From assembly GCF_001194135.2 (NCBI RefSeq), contig NC_068991.1:22610386-22674385 (forward strand): a stretch of DNA of 64,000 nt. The letters are read 5' to 3'. This DNA comes from Octopus bimaculoides (lineage: Eukaryota). Below the pieces are notes generated by a model, which was given only the letters and a program-made list of their open reading frames with translations, did not search any database and had not been told where the DNA came from. This document shows, in pieces, positions 13,935-26,817 of the stretch (its first letter is position 1; each line of letters begins with the position of its first letter). A program made the translations under genes and the position numbers.

Positions 13935-14062
13935 ATATCTGTATATGTATGTATGCATATGTATGTGCCTATGTGCATATATTTGTGTATGTATATATAT
14001 GCATCTATATATATATATATATATATACACACAAACATATACACACACACACACATATGTAT

Positions 14063-14131
<69 letters not shown>

Positions 14132-14175
14132 AATACACACACACACACACATGTATGTATACATGTTATATATAT
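13935..14175. repeat. Compound (TA)n/(CA)n/(TATG)n microsatellite
   Basis: Directly visible. Confidence 0.95.
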
Positions 14176-15370
14176 TCTTTGAAGGCATAAACAATTTGTG
14201 TAACTAATCGAAATAGCCATCAACTCCCATACTTCCATCACGCCTACTTAATAATATTTGCATGAAGGCTTTTCAATATTTTTCCTTGGTCTGTTTCAAT
14301 ATTTTAATGCTGAGCTGTGCACCTCAAAGGCAAGGCAGTATTTTTGGTTAATCAGCTTTTGTGATTTTATTATTGTATCTCAGCTACTATTTATGTAAGC
14401 TGCATGCACCAACACGCTCCTGTTTTATAGCCTTGCTACCGTCATTAGTCATGTCTCTCTAACATGATTAGAAATTTCCAACAATAAGGTAACCATTTGC
14501 AAGCACATGCATTTCATTACTAACCACTAAGAAAAATGTTTTCCAGTAGAAGCCACAGTTTATGAATCGTCTTAACTAAGTTGGCTTTGCTAATTCTTAT
14601 GTTGTTAATGAAAAACAATTTGTGAATTACTGTTGTCATTTGTTTTTGTTTAATTTACTGACACTGATATTTTTGCAAAATTATCAATTTTTTAAAATTA
14701 CTAATCCAAGTGTAAATATATAGAATAAGAATGCATATGAACAGAGAGGAACAAGGTTGAAATTAATTGTGAGAGCTGCCAATGCATGTAGCTCTGACTG
14801 CTGATTCCTGTTTGTTTATATACATACTTATTGAGGAGCATAATTTTTTTATGTAAACTGATCTCAAATTTTATTAAACACAGTAATTTTTTTTTTTTTT
14901 TTTTTTGTTCATTATCAAAAACAAGTTTCTACATTTTTGAAGTATTAGTTTAGATATTCTATTCTTCATTTCAATGTCTTCATCATTTCAGTGTCTCCAC
15001 GTGTTTTATGATTACATATCACCGTATATTGCATTAATCAATGTAGTTAATGTATGTGNNNNNNNNNNNNNNNNNNNNNNNNNNNNNNNNNNNNNNNNNN
15101 NNNNNNNNNNNNNNNNNNNNNNNNNNNNNNNNNNNNNNNNNNNNNNNNNNNNNNNNNNNNNNNNNNNNNNNNNNNNNNNNNNNNNNNNNNNNNNNNNNNN
15201 NNNNNNNNNNNNNNNNNNNNNNNNNNNNNNNNNNNNNNNNNNNNNNNNNNNNNNNNNNNNNNNNNNNNNNNNNNNNNNNNNNNNNNNNNNNNNNNNNNNN
15301 NNNNNNNNNNNNNNNNNNNNNNNNNNNNNNNNNNNNNNNNNNNNNNNNNNNNNNNNNNNNNNNNNNNNNN

Positions 15371-15407
<37 letters not shown>

Positions 15408-15411
15408 CATA

Positions 15412-16307
15412 CAAGGTGCAGCAAAATGATCTGACACATTTGTAGGCTTAGTAAAAGTGAAATAGAGAAAAGAATGAAAAATGTGTTTTTATTTTTGAAA
15501 TGTACATATAATGCCATTTTGTTTTATTTGGTTTTAGAAATTAAATCAGTCAGGTGGATGCTGTTACTGTCCACATACTGTCGAAGGCGTTCACAAAAGT
15601 TGTCCATAACCTGACAGGCAATTTCATGTGGAATGGCAGCAATTTCTTTATGAATTGTATCTTAATTGTTCAATAGATTGAGGGCAATAAGTGTATACCT
15701 CTGATTTCAGGTATCCCCACGGAAAAAAATTGCATGAGTTCAAATCAGGTGGGCAAACCAATGTCACCGCTCAATGAGATCAAATGACCAGGGAACATTT
15801 CCCTCAAAATTCCCACTGCACTTTGAGAAGTGTGGGCTCTTGCCCCATCCTGCTGAAACCAAACATTGTCCCTATCATCAAGTTCATTCAATTTGGGTTT
15901 CAGAAAAGTCTCTAGCATCACACAATATCAATCGGAGTTTACAGTCACTGTAACATTGTCTTCTTCCAAGATGTACAGACCCCAAAATGCCAAATTCTGC
16001 TGCTGTACAATTTCGAGTAGGTACAGGATCATGTCTACCAAGCCTGAAGTGCACATTGAACACTCTTCGTGTTGCAGTTATGGATTTGTTGTTCTTGATA
16101 AACATTTCCACAATGAAAGTGTGATGCTCAACCATTCAGTTCATGTTGGCAACTGAAAATGAATTGAAACAGAATGTCACAAATGGCACCAATTGAAACA
16201 AAATAGCATTATATGTACATTTCGAAAATAAAAATACATGTTTCATTCTTTTCTCTATTTCACTTTTATTAAACCTACAGATGTGTCAAAGAATTTTAGT
16301 CACCTGT
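15412..16307 (-). mobile_element. Non-autonomous Tc1/mariner-superfamily element with about 110-bp TIRs
   Basis: 15412-15525 and about 16195-16307 are long inverted repeats. The minus strand encodes the N-terminal HHTFIVEMFIKNNKSITATRRVFNVHFRLGRHDPVPTR joined directly to a C-terminal catalytic segment (VWFQQDGARAHT...FPGHLISLSGD...WGYLKSEVY). Confidence 0.9.
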
Positions 16308-17977
16308 GTGTGTGTGTGTATGCAGAACTGTTACAGAATTTGTTTATAAAGATGTTGCTTGATTTTCAATTTTGAATACTTTACCTGACTAGAAATAGGT
16401 TTTTAAAAAATGTGTTTTAATTTGTGTATGAGTGTTTAATCAAGTTGAAATTTTATTAACTAAGGAATGATTAGTTTCTTTTATGGGATGTCCAAGAATG
16501 ATAGTCAAAAAACTTAAGTAACTAAGGGATTTTCTGTCAATGATGAGTTAGTCTCAGTATACACAGATGCTGTTTGAATAGAGAGTATAATTTTTTTAAA
16601 AAAGGAGAGTAGAGCAGTTGGATGTATTTAGATTTAGAGAATAACACCCTCACCTACCTACTTGAAGTTGACGAGCATGTTGCTCTCATTCAGAATGAGA
16701 TAATTAGCTGCAGTTGTTTGGGTGCTGACTATTTGGCATGGCTGACTGGTCATCCGACCTGTTTTGGTACAGTACATTTTGACATTAAAGGCAAACATGC
16801 ACATGCACACAAAGAAATATACACATTCCGGTAGAAACTGAGAGGTGGGGAAGAACAAGAGAAACATTAAAACATCTGATGTCAAATAAGTTGGTATTGA
16901 ATCGATGATACCAAATAGGCAGCACCATAATGGCTGTGCCAGAATGTCTCATATTCATTCTGAAAAGCTACATACTATCAAACAGTGACTCTGGGAGTAT
17001 TTTCTTGCCCTTTATGGAACACTGGTGATGGTGTTACGTAAAAAGCACCCAGTAAACTCAATAAAGCGGTTGGCTTTAGGAGGGACATCCTGCTGTAGAA
17101 ACCAAGTCAAAACAGACTATAGAATCTGGTGCAGACCCTGGCCCTGTTAGCTCCTGTCAAGCTGTCCAACCCATGCCAGCATGGAAAATGGACGTTAAAG
17201 GATGATATTTCATGCTAGCTTAGCTATATGGTCTTTGTGGAAAGTAGTGTTTTTTTTTATACATACACTGCATGATTTCCTTACACTCTCATTCTTTGCA
17301 GTGAACTTGATGTAATTCTGGGCAGTTTTTTTCCCCAACCATCTTTAACATTGGTGATCGATACCTGGTTTTTATCTGTTTACATAGAATTGTTTGAATG
17401 CTCTGAATTATCCTCCTAGCCACTGTCTATGTAGAGAAAGTATGATATGATGAAGAAGCAAAACTCTTCCTTCATATTAAATGTCTAAATGTCTGAAATA
17501 CATTTTTGCTATCCTACACCGTGTTTCGATTGGATGTTAAACCAGTTGAAACACAGATGTAAATATTGAAAACATATTTCATTTCTAAAAATGCCCTTAA
17601 TAATTTGGAAAATTATAATTGTATTTCATCATAGATTTCTTTAAATATCCTTTTACGAAAAAGATTTTCATCAAATTCCTTATAGTGTAGAACTAACATA
17701 GCTTCTGCTGTTGAAGCTTTACTAAAGTGCCAGCACATATATTACACCAGCTTGTTCCTGAGCTCACAGTGTGTTGATAGTGAAAGGCTTTGTGCAGCTG
17801 CAATGTGAATGCACCTTTCTTTGTATGCACCTTCATATAGACGATTTAGAGGGGAAGAGGAGAAATTAACCCCAATATTTGACTGGCATTTTATTATCAA
17901 CTCTGAAAGAACGAAAGGCACATTTGGCCTTGGTAAAATTATAATTCAGAACAAATATCACAAGGTATTCTGATACC

Positions 17978-18205
17978 TTAACCCTTTAGCATTTAAATTA
18001 GTCATATCCAGCCCAAATATTCTACTTGTTTTATGTTCAAATTGACCAGATCCAGCCTCTCGCATCTAGCTTAGAATGTAATTTTAAAAATAACAATCAC
18101 ATTTTCAAAATCTTGAAGCTACAAGATAATGGATAATTAATTTTGAAAAATGTGGATAAGCAAGCATTATATTTTGATAGATTAAACTGAATGCTAAAGG
18201 ATTAA
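17978..18205. mobile_element. piggyBac-type MITE, family B
   Basis: TTAA-CCCTTTAGCATT ... AATGCTAAAGGA-TTAA, about 220 bp with both TTAA target sites intact. Confidence 0.8.
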
Positions 18206-18524
18206 CAATTCTGCTAGTTTGCCATCTTCTGCATTACTGAAGATAGGCAAGAGGGGGAGGAGTAAATAGTCCACAAATTGTAGGGATTTCAGATAAGTTT
18301 AGATTTTGATAAAAAAAAAAATCAAGATATATTAACTACATTTGACTGACCATCATTTCATGATCGGCACTATTGCATCAGCAATACCTCGGTCTATTCG
18401 TTTAATTCCTGGCCATATTCTTGACAATAACTTCTGTTATTTCCTTTCAGGACTTCGTTAAAGCTGCATTTAAGCCTTTGTGGGGGAATAATTTGTTTTT
18501 TTTTTTTAGTTTTACTATAGTAAT

Positions 18525-18830
18525 ATGTGGAGGCCCATGGCCTAGTGTTTAAGGTGTGTCACTCATGATTGCAAGAATGCTGTTTTGATTCCCAGATTGG
18601 CAGTGCATTATTGTTTTTGAGCTAAACACTTTCATTTCATGTTACTCTAGTCCATTCAGATGTAAATGGGTAACCCTATGAGAGACTGGCCTCTCATTCA
18701 GAGGCAATGTTGGCCAGCCCATCTCACCAGCAGGGTGGCATCATTCAAAAGTTACAGTAATGCAAGGAAGCACATTGTGAATATCAGTGTGCAACAACAT
18801 CCGATAATCTAGTTGATACAATAAATATAG
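18525..18830 (+). mobile_element. Older tRNA-headed SINE with CORE-like central box
   Basis: ATGGCCTAGTG..AAGGTG head and TTGAGC.AAACACTTTCATTTCA.GTT.CTC.AGTCCA.TCAG.TGTAAATG box; colinear with 53168-53480. The CORE label is from memory. Confidence 0.7.
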
Positions 18831-19584
18831 GAATATGAAGTAGACATTGTTTCTTTTATCATTGTTACAATGGCTTCTTTTTAAAGCTAGTTGATTTCAT
18901 GCCACCTCCATTTAGTCCTACCTGATCACTTTCTTCTCTTCCTGTCATAATCCATATTGTGTCCAACATCACCTCTGTGCTTTGCACTAACCACTAGTTT
19001 TTCCCCTGTCCTAAAATATCAGTTTCCTTGGACTCTCGCAATACTCCATCCCAGCTGAAATTGTTCAAGGAGAATATTAACTGCACTAATTTCACTTCTG
19101 ATGGAGGACCTTCTGATGGAAAACCATCAAATCATACAAAAAGAAAAAAAAATGCTTCAACTGTCTTCACTCCTTCGACATTTTCCAAATACCATCTTCC
19201 ATGGGTTGATAAAATAATGTTGTAGTCAGGACTTGCAGCCACTATGAAACAACTATAACCTCCCTCTAAATTTGAAACCTTGTAGTTCTGTTAGAAGTAG
19301 TACTGTTTGACAGATTTGGACAACAATGATAATGCACAAAGTATACATAAGAAGGTTGATTTACATTGAATATGTTGGAACCTCAAATTTCAAGCATCTT
19401 GTGAGAAATCAACTTATCCATTCAACATTCTAAGGTTAACTGAATCAGACAGTATTTGTTGTTGACATTGCAGCACTCAGCAACAAATTAGTTCTATTCT
19501 AGTTAGCACTGTTTAAGCAGACATTTAGTAGGGAGGTAGTTGATTAGGCATTTGAAAATAGCATTCCACAGGTTATATTGAATT

Positions 19585-19797
19585 TTAAATGTATAGCATT
19601 TAAACCAGCTCAAATATTCTAGTGTTTTATGTTTATTCTGACCAGTTCCAGTCTCTTGCACCTATCATACAATGTCATTCGAAAAATAAACACATCAATG
19701 AAATCATGACGATATGAGATAATGCATGATTAATTCAGAACAATGTGAATAGATAAGCGTTAAATTTGACAAAGAAATCTGAATACTAAAAGGTTAA
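19585..19797. mobile_element. piggyBac-type MITE, family B, degenerate copy
   Basis: Body similar to 17982-18201; ends AAAGG-TTAA. A further half copy lies at about 59060-59190. Confidence 0.65.
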
Positions 19798-22700
19798 TCT
19801 GCTCCAGCACCAGTAGTAGTATCAATGTTTTCATCTGGAATGGTTGTACTACTTCTACTGCCTGAGTAGCTTGAGTTCACTGGTCTAGATGAAAGGTATT
19901 GATTCCTGCATCACAAAATAAATTAGGAATGCCAGTAATATGCTATAATCTAGACAATTAATTTATGCACACACACCCTTTTTTTAATTATAAATTAGAG
20001 GATGAGGGAAAAGTACCCATGATTTCTGCAGGCTCTCTCAAGACTGTGATTGATGCAGTTAATATTCAGGTTAATGTGTGTAATGAAAATGTGGGTGAGA
20101 AGAGGGTTCTAGTGGGAGGAAAAGTTTGAGCAAAGTTATTTAGGACATGATTTTTGAGGGTGATGAGGAGAAGAAGCAGGAAGGTGTGTCAGGAGGACTC
20201 AGGTGAAGTGGAGATGTGCTATTATCTAGTATAAGGCAAAGTTATCGATGTAGTAGATGCTGCAAGAGAGGAAACAATATCTATGAAGTAAAAGTTATTG
20301 TTTTAGCTTCTATCAGTCTTAATTGAACAGACTTATTGTCAAATATTCCACCTGTATCTATCCTAGCTTTTCATTTCTATATCTTTTTTCAAACATAGCG
20401 TATCTAAGGCTATATTACCTAATATGATTTTTCCTTTCTAAGATGATGTGGGTGTAAATTGTGGGAGATTTGGCTACTACTTTTTGCAGGTACCTTTGAC
20501 TCATATCATCTAGCATGAGTGTGATGGATGATACAAACCAATGAAAGGTCTTCTCTGTGGTCACTTGAGGTCGTATGTGTTGCAGAGTAAATCTTTGTCA
20601 TTCAGTCAAATGGCCTTCTTTTGGATGTGACCCAGGGCAACGCTGCTCAGACTTGGTTTAGGATAGAACCCATTATACAATTTTCAAAAATTTGCAGAAC
20701 CTATGCCTATATTTCGAAGACAGCCTCAGAATCAAAAATTGTTTTAAAGAATTGATGCATATAAAAAAAATTGTTTTTAAAACTTATAACTTATTTTCAA
20801 AATACCTCTTACTTCATGGTACCCTCGCATTTTTACAAAAGCACTTGTAGACTGTTTGTGTGTGTGTGGTTGTAATAATACTAGGAATAGCAGCACTTTC
20901 ATAAGTTATGTAAACTGTACTCCATTACTTGAGCTTTGCACACGTTCAGCAAATGATTTGATGGCTAAAATATTTTCTGACCTTCAAGTGAATGCCTTGA
21001 GAACTAGTCAGGTAGCTTGAATTTAGGAATTGTAGCAGCTGGTTGTCTGTTTATTTTCATATGCAGAAGTAGTGAGGTACAACACTGTTTCTTTGGTACA
21101 TGTAGAGTTTGACTATAGTGAAAAAGATTATGTTGTCATTTCCCCCATTGTTTTTGAGGTGTGTTCATGAATGCAGTGCAGGTTTAGTGTGAGCTTTCCA
21201 GGATTTTTCTCTCTTTGTGAATGATGCCTTTGTGTGGATTGTTAGAGAAAAGTGAAAAGTGTTAACTGCATAGGTGTGTGTTGTTAGAAGTGCCAACAGG
21301 TAGGTATTTAACTCTAACTACTAACCCGTGTGAGACTGCCCTTAGGTTTATAATGCAAACTTCCTGTTTTAAAGTAATCCAAATTGAATCCTTTCATCGA
21401 AATTTCATGTTAATTTATGTTCCATTCACCAGTTTATTAATGTGGAAGCCATTTTACTACACTCTTCTTTATTTATTTCAACCAAAATATGGAAACTAAA
21501 GAGTTAATACATAGAACGAATTGTGCTGTGGAGCAGTCTGGAAGGAAGTTTGAAAGTAAATAAATAATAGAGAAATAGATGGATCCATAGACAGGCAACC
21601 CATCTAGGAGGTTCTCATATCAGACACAATCAAAGCTCTTGCTAGTGTCGGCTGCTGAGATATTGCTTTCAAATGAAATTTATGAAAATCAGTATCGAAA
21701 CAAGCCTCTGGTAGATCTATTTCTGCAGAAACCATAGAACTGGGAATTAATTGAAGGAAAGAGAAAGGAAGAGAAAGACTACTTCTTTTACTCTTATTCT
21801 TTCTTCCTCCATTGTCATTCTCATTTTCTTTCTGCTCCTTTTCCTGCTTTCTCTCCTACTTCCTTTCCATCATTCCTATCCCCTTCCTCCTCGTTCATTC
21901 CCCCTCTCACATCATACTCTTCCTCTTTGTTCTCACTCCTTCCACTTCTCGTAATCACTGTCTCTTCATACTCTCCCCTTCCCCCAAATCCTTCTCATTT
22001 TTATGCTCTTTCCCCTTCCCTCTTCTTGTCTCCAACTACAAAGAAATCTGTTGCAATTAACCAAAGCTATCATTAATCTTATTCATTCCTTGCCTCGTAT
22101 TCTTTCAACAAGGTTTCCATTATTATTATCATCAAGGTGCAGATATGATTGTGCACAATACTGGAGTCAGCCGACTTTATTCTAAAGAAGCTACTATGAC
22201 TGGTTCCAGAACTGGAATACTGCTACCTTACCTGCTGTGTGTGGGATGAGAGAGCAGAATATATATTTTTTAAAACTAATTATTGTTATTCTATTGAGTG
22301 ACATGTAGGTGCAGGTGTTAATATTGAAGGTTACATTGGAATAATTGTAGTGTTGCTAGTTGTTGTTTAGCCCATGGCTGACCCTGATCCACTACATCTA
22401 TGATCAAGCACTTTCCTAACAATCAACCTGTCTTTTGTTTTTCCTAATGGTAGTTCTTGCTCTACTCACCCACAAACTTTGTCTTGCACTAGCCCTCAGA
22501 CATTAATAATAATAATGATCATGTGTCAGCTGATCCATTTTTCAGCCATAACTCTCATCCTCTAGGTAATTACTTGACCTGACAGAAAGAACAAACAAAT
22601 CCTCATCAAACCATTCCTGGTTGTTTATTGTATATCACAATTTGTAAACAGAAATATAATTCGACCAATCACAGGTTCTGTGATTCAGAAGGAGTATCTA

Positions 22701-22849
22701 ACTCAGTGCCAAACAAATACCTGTAGGAACTTCATTCATAATTGATTTTTCTTATAATAATTGTATCCTTCGCCAATGTGTATAAGTGAAATATATATAC
22801 ACACGCGTGTGTGTGTGTGTGTATGCACATATATAAATGTGTGTATATA

Positions 22850-24102
22850 TTGGGTCATCCCATAAATAATGCAGTTTTTTAATACTTTTACTTTTCAAAA
22901 TTAAGATAAACTTCTTTTTTAATCTAAAATATACTCTCCTTCATTTTCTACAAAGCTCTTTCATTTCCCTGGTAGACTTGCAAGACCTTTCTTTCAAAAT
23001 TCACTTATCCATCACAAAAAATACTCCTCCAGTACTGTTCTGACCTCATCTACAGAATTCATATTTTTTCCATCCAAATGATTTTGAAGACTACAGAATA
23101 AATGATTATCAGATGGGGCAATGTCTGGCAAATATGGTGGGTGGGACATCATTTCCCATTCAAACTGCTCCAGCCTTTTAAATGTTATCCTCACTGTATG
23201 TGGCCAAGCATTATCCTGATGGAAGAACACCTTTTGTCTTGAAACCAAAGATGGTCGTTTTTCTTGTAGCGCTGACTTATGCTGCTCAAGCTCGCAATAG
23301 ATTTCCTTTATCATTTGGTTTAAGCTTAAAAGTTCAAAGTGGACTAAGCACCTCATATCCCACCAAACAGGTAACACCACCTTGCATAGATAAAGACCTT
23401 CTTTAGCCTGGGGTGCCTGTGTTTCTCCTTTCCCTGCCCACTGTCTTCAGCTTTTGGTATTTTTATGGAGAACCTGTTTCTGGCACCAGTCACTGTTCAG
23501 TCCAAAAAAAGGTTCATTCGTGAGATGTGATGGCAAAGAAGAGCACACATTCATTCTCTACATGCAATTAGACTCAGAAAGTTTTTGAGGAACCCATTGA
23601 CCCAATTTGCTGACTTTTCCGAAGGCATGCAGGTGTCGATGAATGGTTGAATGACCAAATCCAAGATTCTCTGCTAATTCCTCAACAGTTACAATGGGAT
23701 TTTGTTCCACCAGGGTTTGCAGGACATCCTCATCAAGCTCTACAGATCTTCCAGGATGAGGCTCGTCTTCTAGGCTGTAGTTTCTGGCTCGGAATTTCTG
23801 GAACCACCATTGACACTGGCTTACACTTATTATCTAATCCTCATATACTGCATTAATATTCTTCACTCTTTCTGTTGTGTTGTTGCCTTTATTGAACTCT
23901 TAAAACAAAATATGCTCCTTTGTCACTTCCATCGTAGTTTGTTAAAATTGAAGTGTACTTTTCAAAACTTACACTAAGAATAAGGACAAGGTAAAATTAC
24001 TACCTGCTTTTATAGCAAGTTGATGCAGGTGGTTTATCCCATCCCCCTCTGACTTTTAGTTCATGCAATTGAAAAAACTGCATTATTTATGGGATGAACC
24101 AA
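22850..24102 (-). mobile_element. Near full-length dead mariner (DD34D-type) transposon, 1253 bp
   Basis: About 31-bp TIR TTGGGTCATCCCATAAATAATGCAGTTTTTT with 1 mismatch and a TA target duplication on both sides. Minus-strand motifs include KLGQWVPQKL, FHQDNAWPH and HPPYLPDIAPSD, with stops and frameshifts. Confidence 0.95.
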
Positions 24103-24109
24103 TATAAAT

Positions 24110-24372
24110 ATTGGACTGGCTCTTGTGCGGGTGGCACATAAAAGACACCATTTCGAGCGTGGCCGTTTTCGTGCGGGTGACACGTAAAAGCACCCACTAC
24201 ACTCTCTGAGTGGTTGGCGTTAGGAAGGGCATCCAGCTGTAGAAACTCTGCCAAATTAGATTGGAGCCTGGTGTAGCCATCCGGTTGCACCAGTCCTCAG
24301 TCAAATCGTCCAACCCATGCTAGCATGGAAAGCAGACGTTAAACGATGATGATGATGATGATGATGATGATA
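24110..24372 (+). mobile_element. RTE 3'-UTR-type element with (GAT)n tail, abutting the mariner end
   Basis: AAAAGCACCC...TTAGGAAGGGCATCCAGCTGTAGAAAC...GTCCAACCCATGCTAGCATGGAAAGCAGACGTTAAACGATGATGAT. Related copies lie at about 12240-12540(-), 17020-17206, 31120-31441, 39140-39310, 45285-45520(-) and 53540-53890. Confidence 0.8.
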
Positions 24373-24697
24373 TATATATATATGTATGCGTGTGTGCGTG
24401 TGTGTGTGTGGATGGATACAGGTAAATAGATAAGTAGATAGATTGACAGATTGAGTGTTAAGGTTCTGCAGTTTCTCTATAGCAAATTTCTCTCACACAG
24501 TTAACTTGAGGCTATGGTAGAAGACACTTGCCCAAGGTACAGCACAGTATTATGAAAACTAGAACCACATGGTTGCTAACCCTGCTTTTTTTTTCCTCTT
24601 CCCCCCCCACTTCTGTTTTTTCAACTAAATGGTGTACTGGAGATGGAACAAAAAATTATTGATGCACTTCAGGTAGGAAGTTTAGGAAAACTGTCTT

Positions 24698-25140
24698 CCA
24701 TCCATCCATCCATCCATCCATCCATCTTCTCTGCCCACTACTCATGGGATTGTCAGACCTCAATCACCCCTCCCCCTCCTAAGGATCCTGTCAGAAGCAG
24801 TTACCATTATACTTTTCAGCTGGATTCTCAAGTATGGCCAACTGAGACCATAGATATTATCCAAACTTTTCGTTCTTGGTCTACCCTTAGGTCTCCTGCT
24901 GGTTGGCTCAGCTTCAAGAATTTATCCTTGCAATTCTTTCCTGCAACACTCCAATCACATGTCTATAATACCAGAGCTGTGACCTCTCAATGCAGAGAAG
25001 TAGCAGTTTCACCTGGAGAGACTTCCTGATCTCCAAGCTACACACCTGGTTGAATTACCTTACTTCAGAGATTCTTCAGAGGAGCCCCATTTTAGTCACT
25101 TGTATTCACAATCATATTCTTCTGGTCATTGCCCAAAACT
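24698..25140 (-). mobile_element. RTE-clade LINE 3' fragment (Expander/Rex3-like) with (GGAT)n tail
   Basis: Minus strand reads WAMTRRI*L*IQVTKMGLL*RI...LQVKLLLLCIERSQLWYYRHV...PTSRRPKGRPRT, the typical RTE C-terminus, followed by the GGAT repeat tail. Confidence 0.8.
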
Positions 25141-25446
25141 GTATTAAAGTTGAGGAAAAATAGAAAGCTTTTGCTTACTATGTTTTATTAATCATACTTT
25201 TACATAGCAAAATTGTGAATAACATTATTTTTCAAAATGCTCAAACATTATTAATATTGCCCTTCTCAATCTTTAAATTATGTTTTTAAAAAATCTGCAG
25301 GTCACTGTTTGAGAACCACTGCTATAGATAATTTTATACTGTGAGTGACCTTGTACTGTAGATCATTGTTTCTCAGCTTTTTCACTCTTGGGAAGTCCTT
25401 GAAATATACTCCATGTATCAGGGATTCCCTCCATGAGAATTACTAT

Positions 25447-25879
25447 ATAGTCGCAGGAGTGGTTGTGTGGTAAGTAGCTTGCTTACCAACCACATGGTTC
25501 CGGGTTCAGTCCCACTGCGTGGCACCTTGGGCAAGTGTCTTCTACTATAGCATCATGCCGACCAAAGCCTGTGAGTGGATTTGGTAGACGGAAACTGAAA
25601 GAAGCCCGTCGTATATATGTGTGTGTGTATATATATATATATGTGTGTGTGTGTGTTTGTGTGTCTGTGTTTGTCCCCCCATCATTGCTTGAAAACCAAT
25701 GCTGGTGTGCTTACGTCCCCGTAACTTAGCGGTTCGGCAAAAGAGACCGATGGAATAAGTACTAGGCTTACAAAGAATAAGTCCTGGGGTAGATTTTCTC
25801 GACTAAAGGCGGTACTTCAGCATGGCCACAGTCAAATGATTGAAACAAGTAAAAAGAGTAAAAAAAGAGTAAAGAGTAA
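25447..25879 (+). mobile_element. tRNA-headed SINE with internal (TA)/(TG) microsatellite and (AAAGAGT)n tail
   Basis: Pol III-like head (GTGGTTGTGTGG...GGTTCCGGGTTCAGTCCC), a conserved body ending GTCAAATGA.TGAAACAAGTAAAAGAGT, and multiple copies in the window. Confidence 0.85.
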
Positions 25880-26419
25880 TATGTCTGGAACATGAGAATT
25901 ACTATATGTCTGGGACACCAGGGCCCATTGATCGGCCCAAGTGATACAAGCTGAAAAGTCTTTGAGGCTGATCCATCGGCCCGATGAAACAAACATTTTG
26001 AAGTGTAACAGCCAATCAGAGATCATCTTTCTGTAGATATAATATATAACTATATAATATATATAGTTTTACATACTAATAAGGTAGTTTTAGGCACTTT
26101 ATCCTTTGTTTTCTACATGCACCCATCAATTTCAATCTTAACAGAAAGAAACATTTTGGTCGTTTTGGTTACACATACCAAAACACTGTGTCTTGAAAGG
26201 GTTAATAATTCTCTTTCTCTTTCATAAATTAAATTTCAGAAGAGTAAAACGAATAAAGCTTGTCTTTCAAAAATTTCTTAGTTCTAAATCCATCAGATAC
26301 CACGAAGATAATTAACCCTTAAATTTTCATAGTTATTTCAGTAATGATGTCAAATATCCACCAAAAAATGGAACTGGTATTTTCTGCAAGTCATGTTGCC
26401 TCAATAAGCTTGACATATT

Positions 26420-26657
26420 CTTTTATTCTTTTACTTGTTTCAGTCATTTGACTGCAGCCATGCTGGAGCACCACATTGAAGTGTTTTTGTCAAACAATTC
26501 AACCCCAGGGCTTATTTTTAAGTTCAGTTCTTGTTCTATCAGTCTCTTTGCCAAACCATTAAGTTACAGGGACGTAAACACATCCACACCAGTTGTCAAG
26601 TGGTGGTGGGGGGGACAAACACAGATACAAAGACACACACACATACATGTGTGTGTG

Positions 26658-26688
<31 letters not shown>

Positions 26689-26817
26689 CCGACAGGCTTC
26701 TTTCAGTTTCCATCTATCAAATCCACTTAAAGGCTTTAGTTGGCCTGAGGCTATAGAAGACACTCGCCCAGGAACCATGTGGTTGGGAAGCAAGCTTCTT
26801 ATCACACAGGCACGTCT
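26420..26817 (-). mobile_element. Same SINE family, inverted copy
   Basis: Reverse complement of the 25447-25879 structure, including the internal microsatellite. Confidence 0.85.

Noticed and set aside
16622-16885. Overlapping 70-75 aa ORFs
   Set aside because: No homology and no partner exons.
20143-20201. Acidic peptide DMIFEGDEEKKQ... as the PACS exon preceding 57283
   Set aside because: It ends in phase 2 whereas 57283 needs phase 0, and the acceptor is weak.
24643-25029. 128-aa + strand ORF
   Set aside because: It is the antisense of an RTE LINE fragment plus its GGAT tail.
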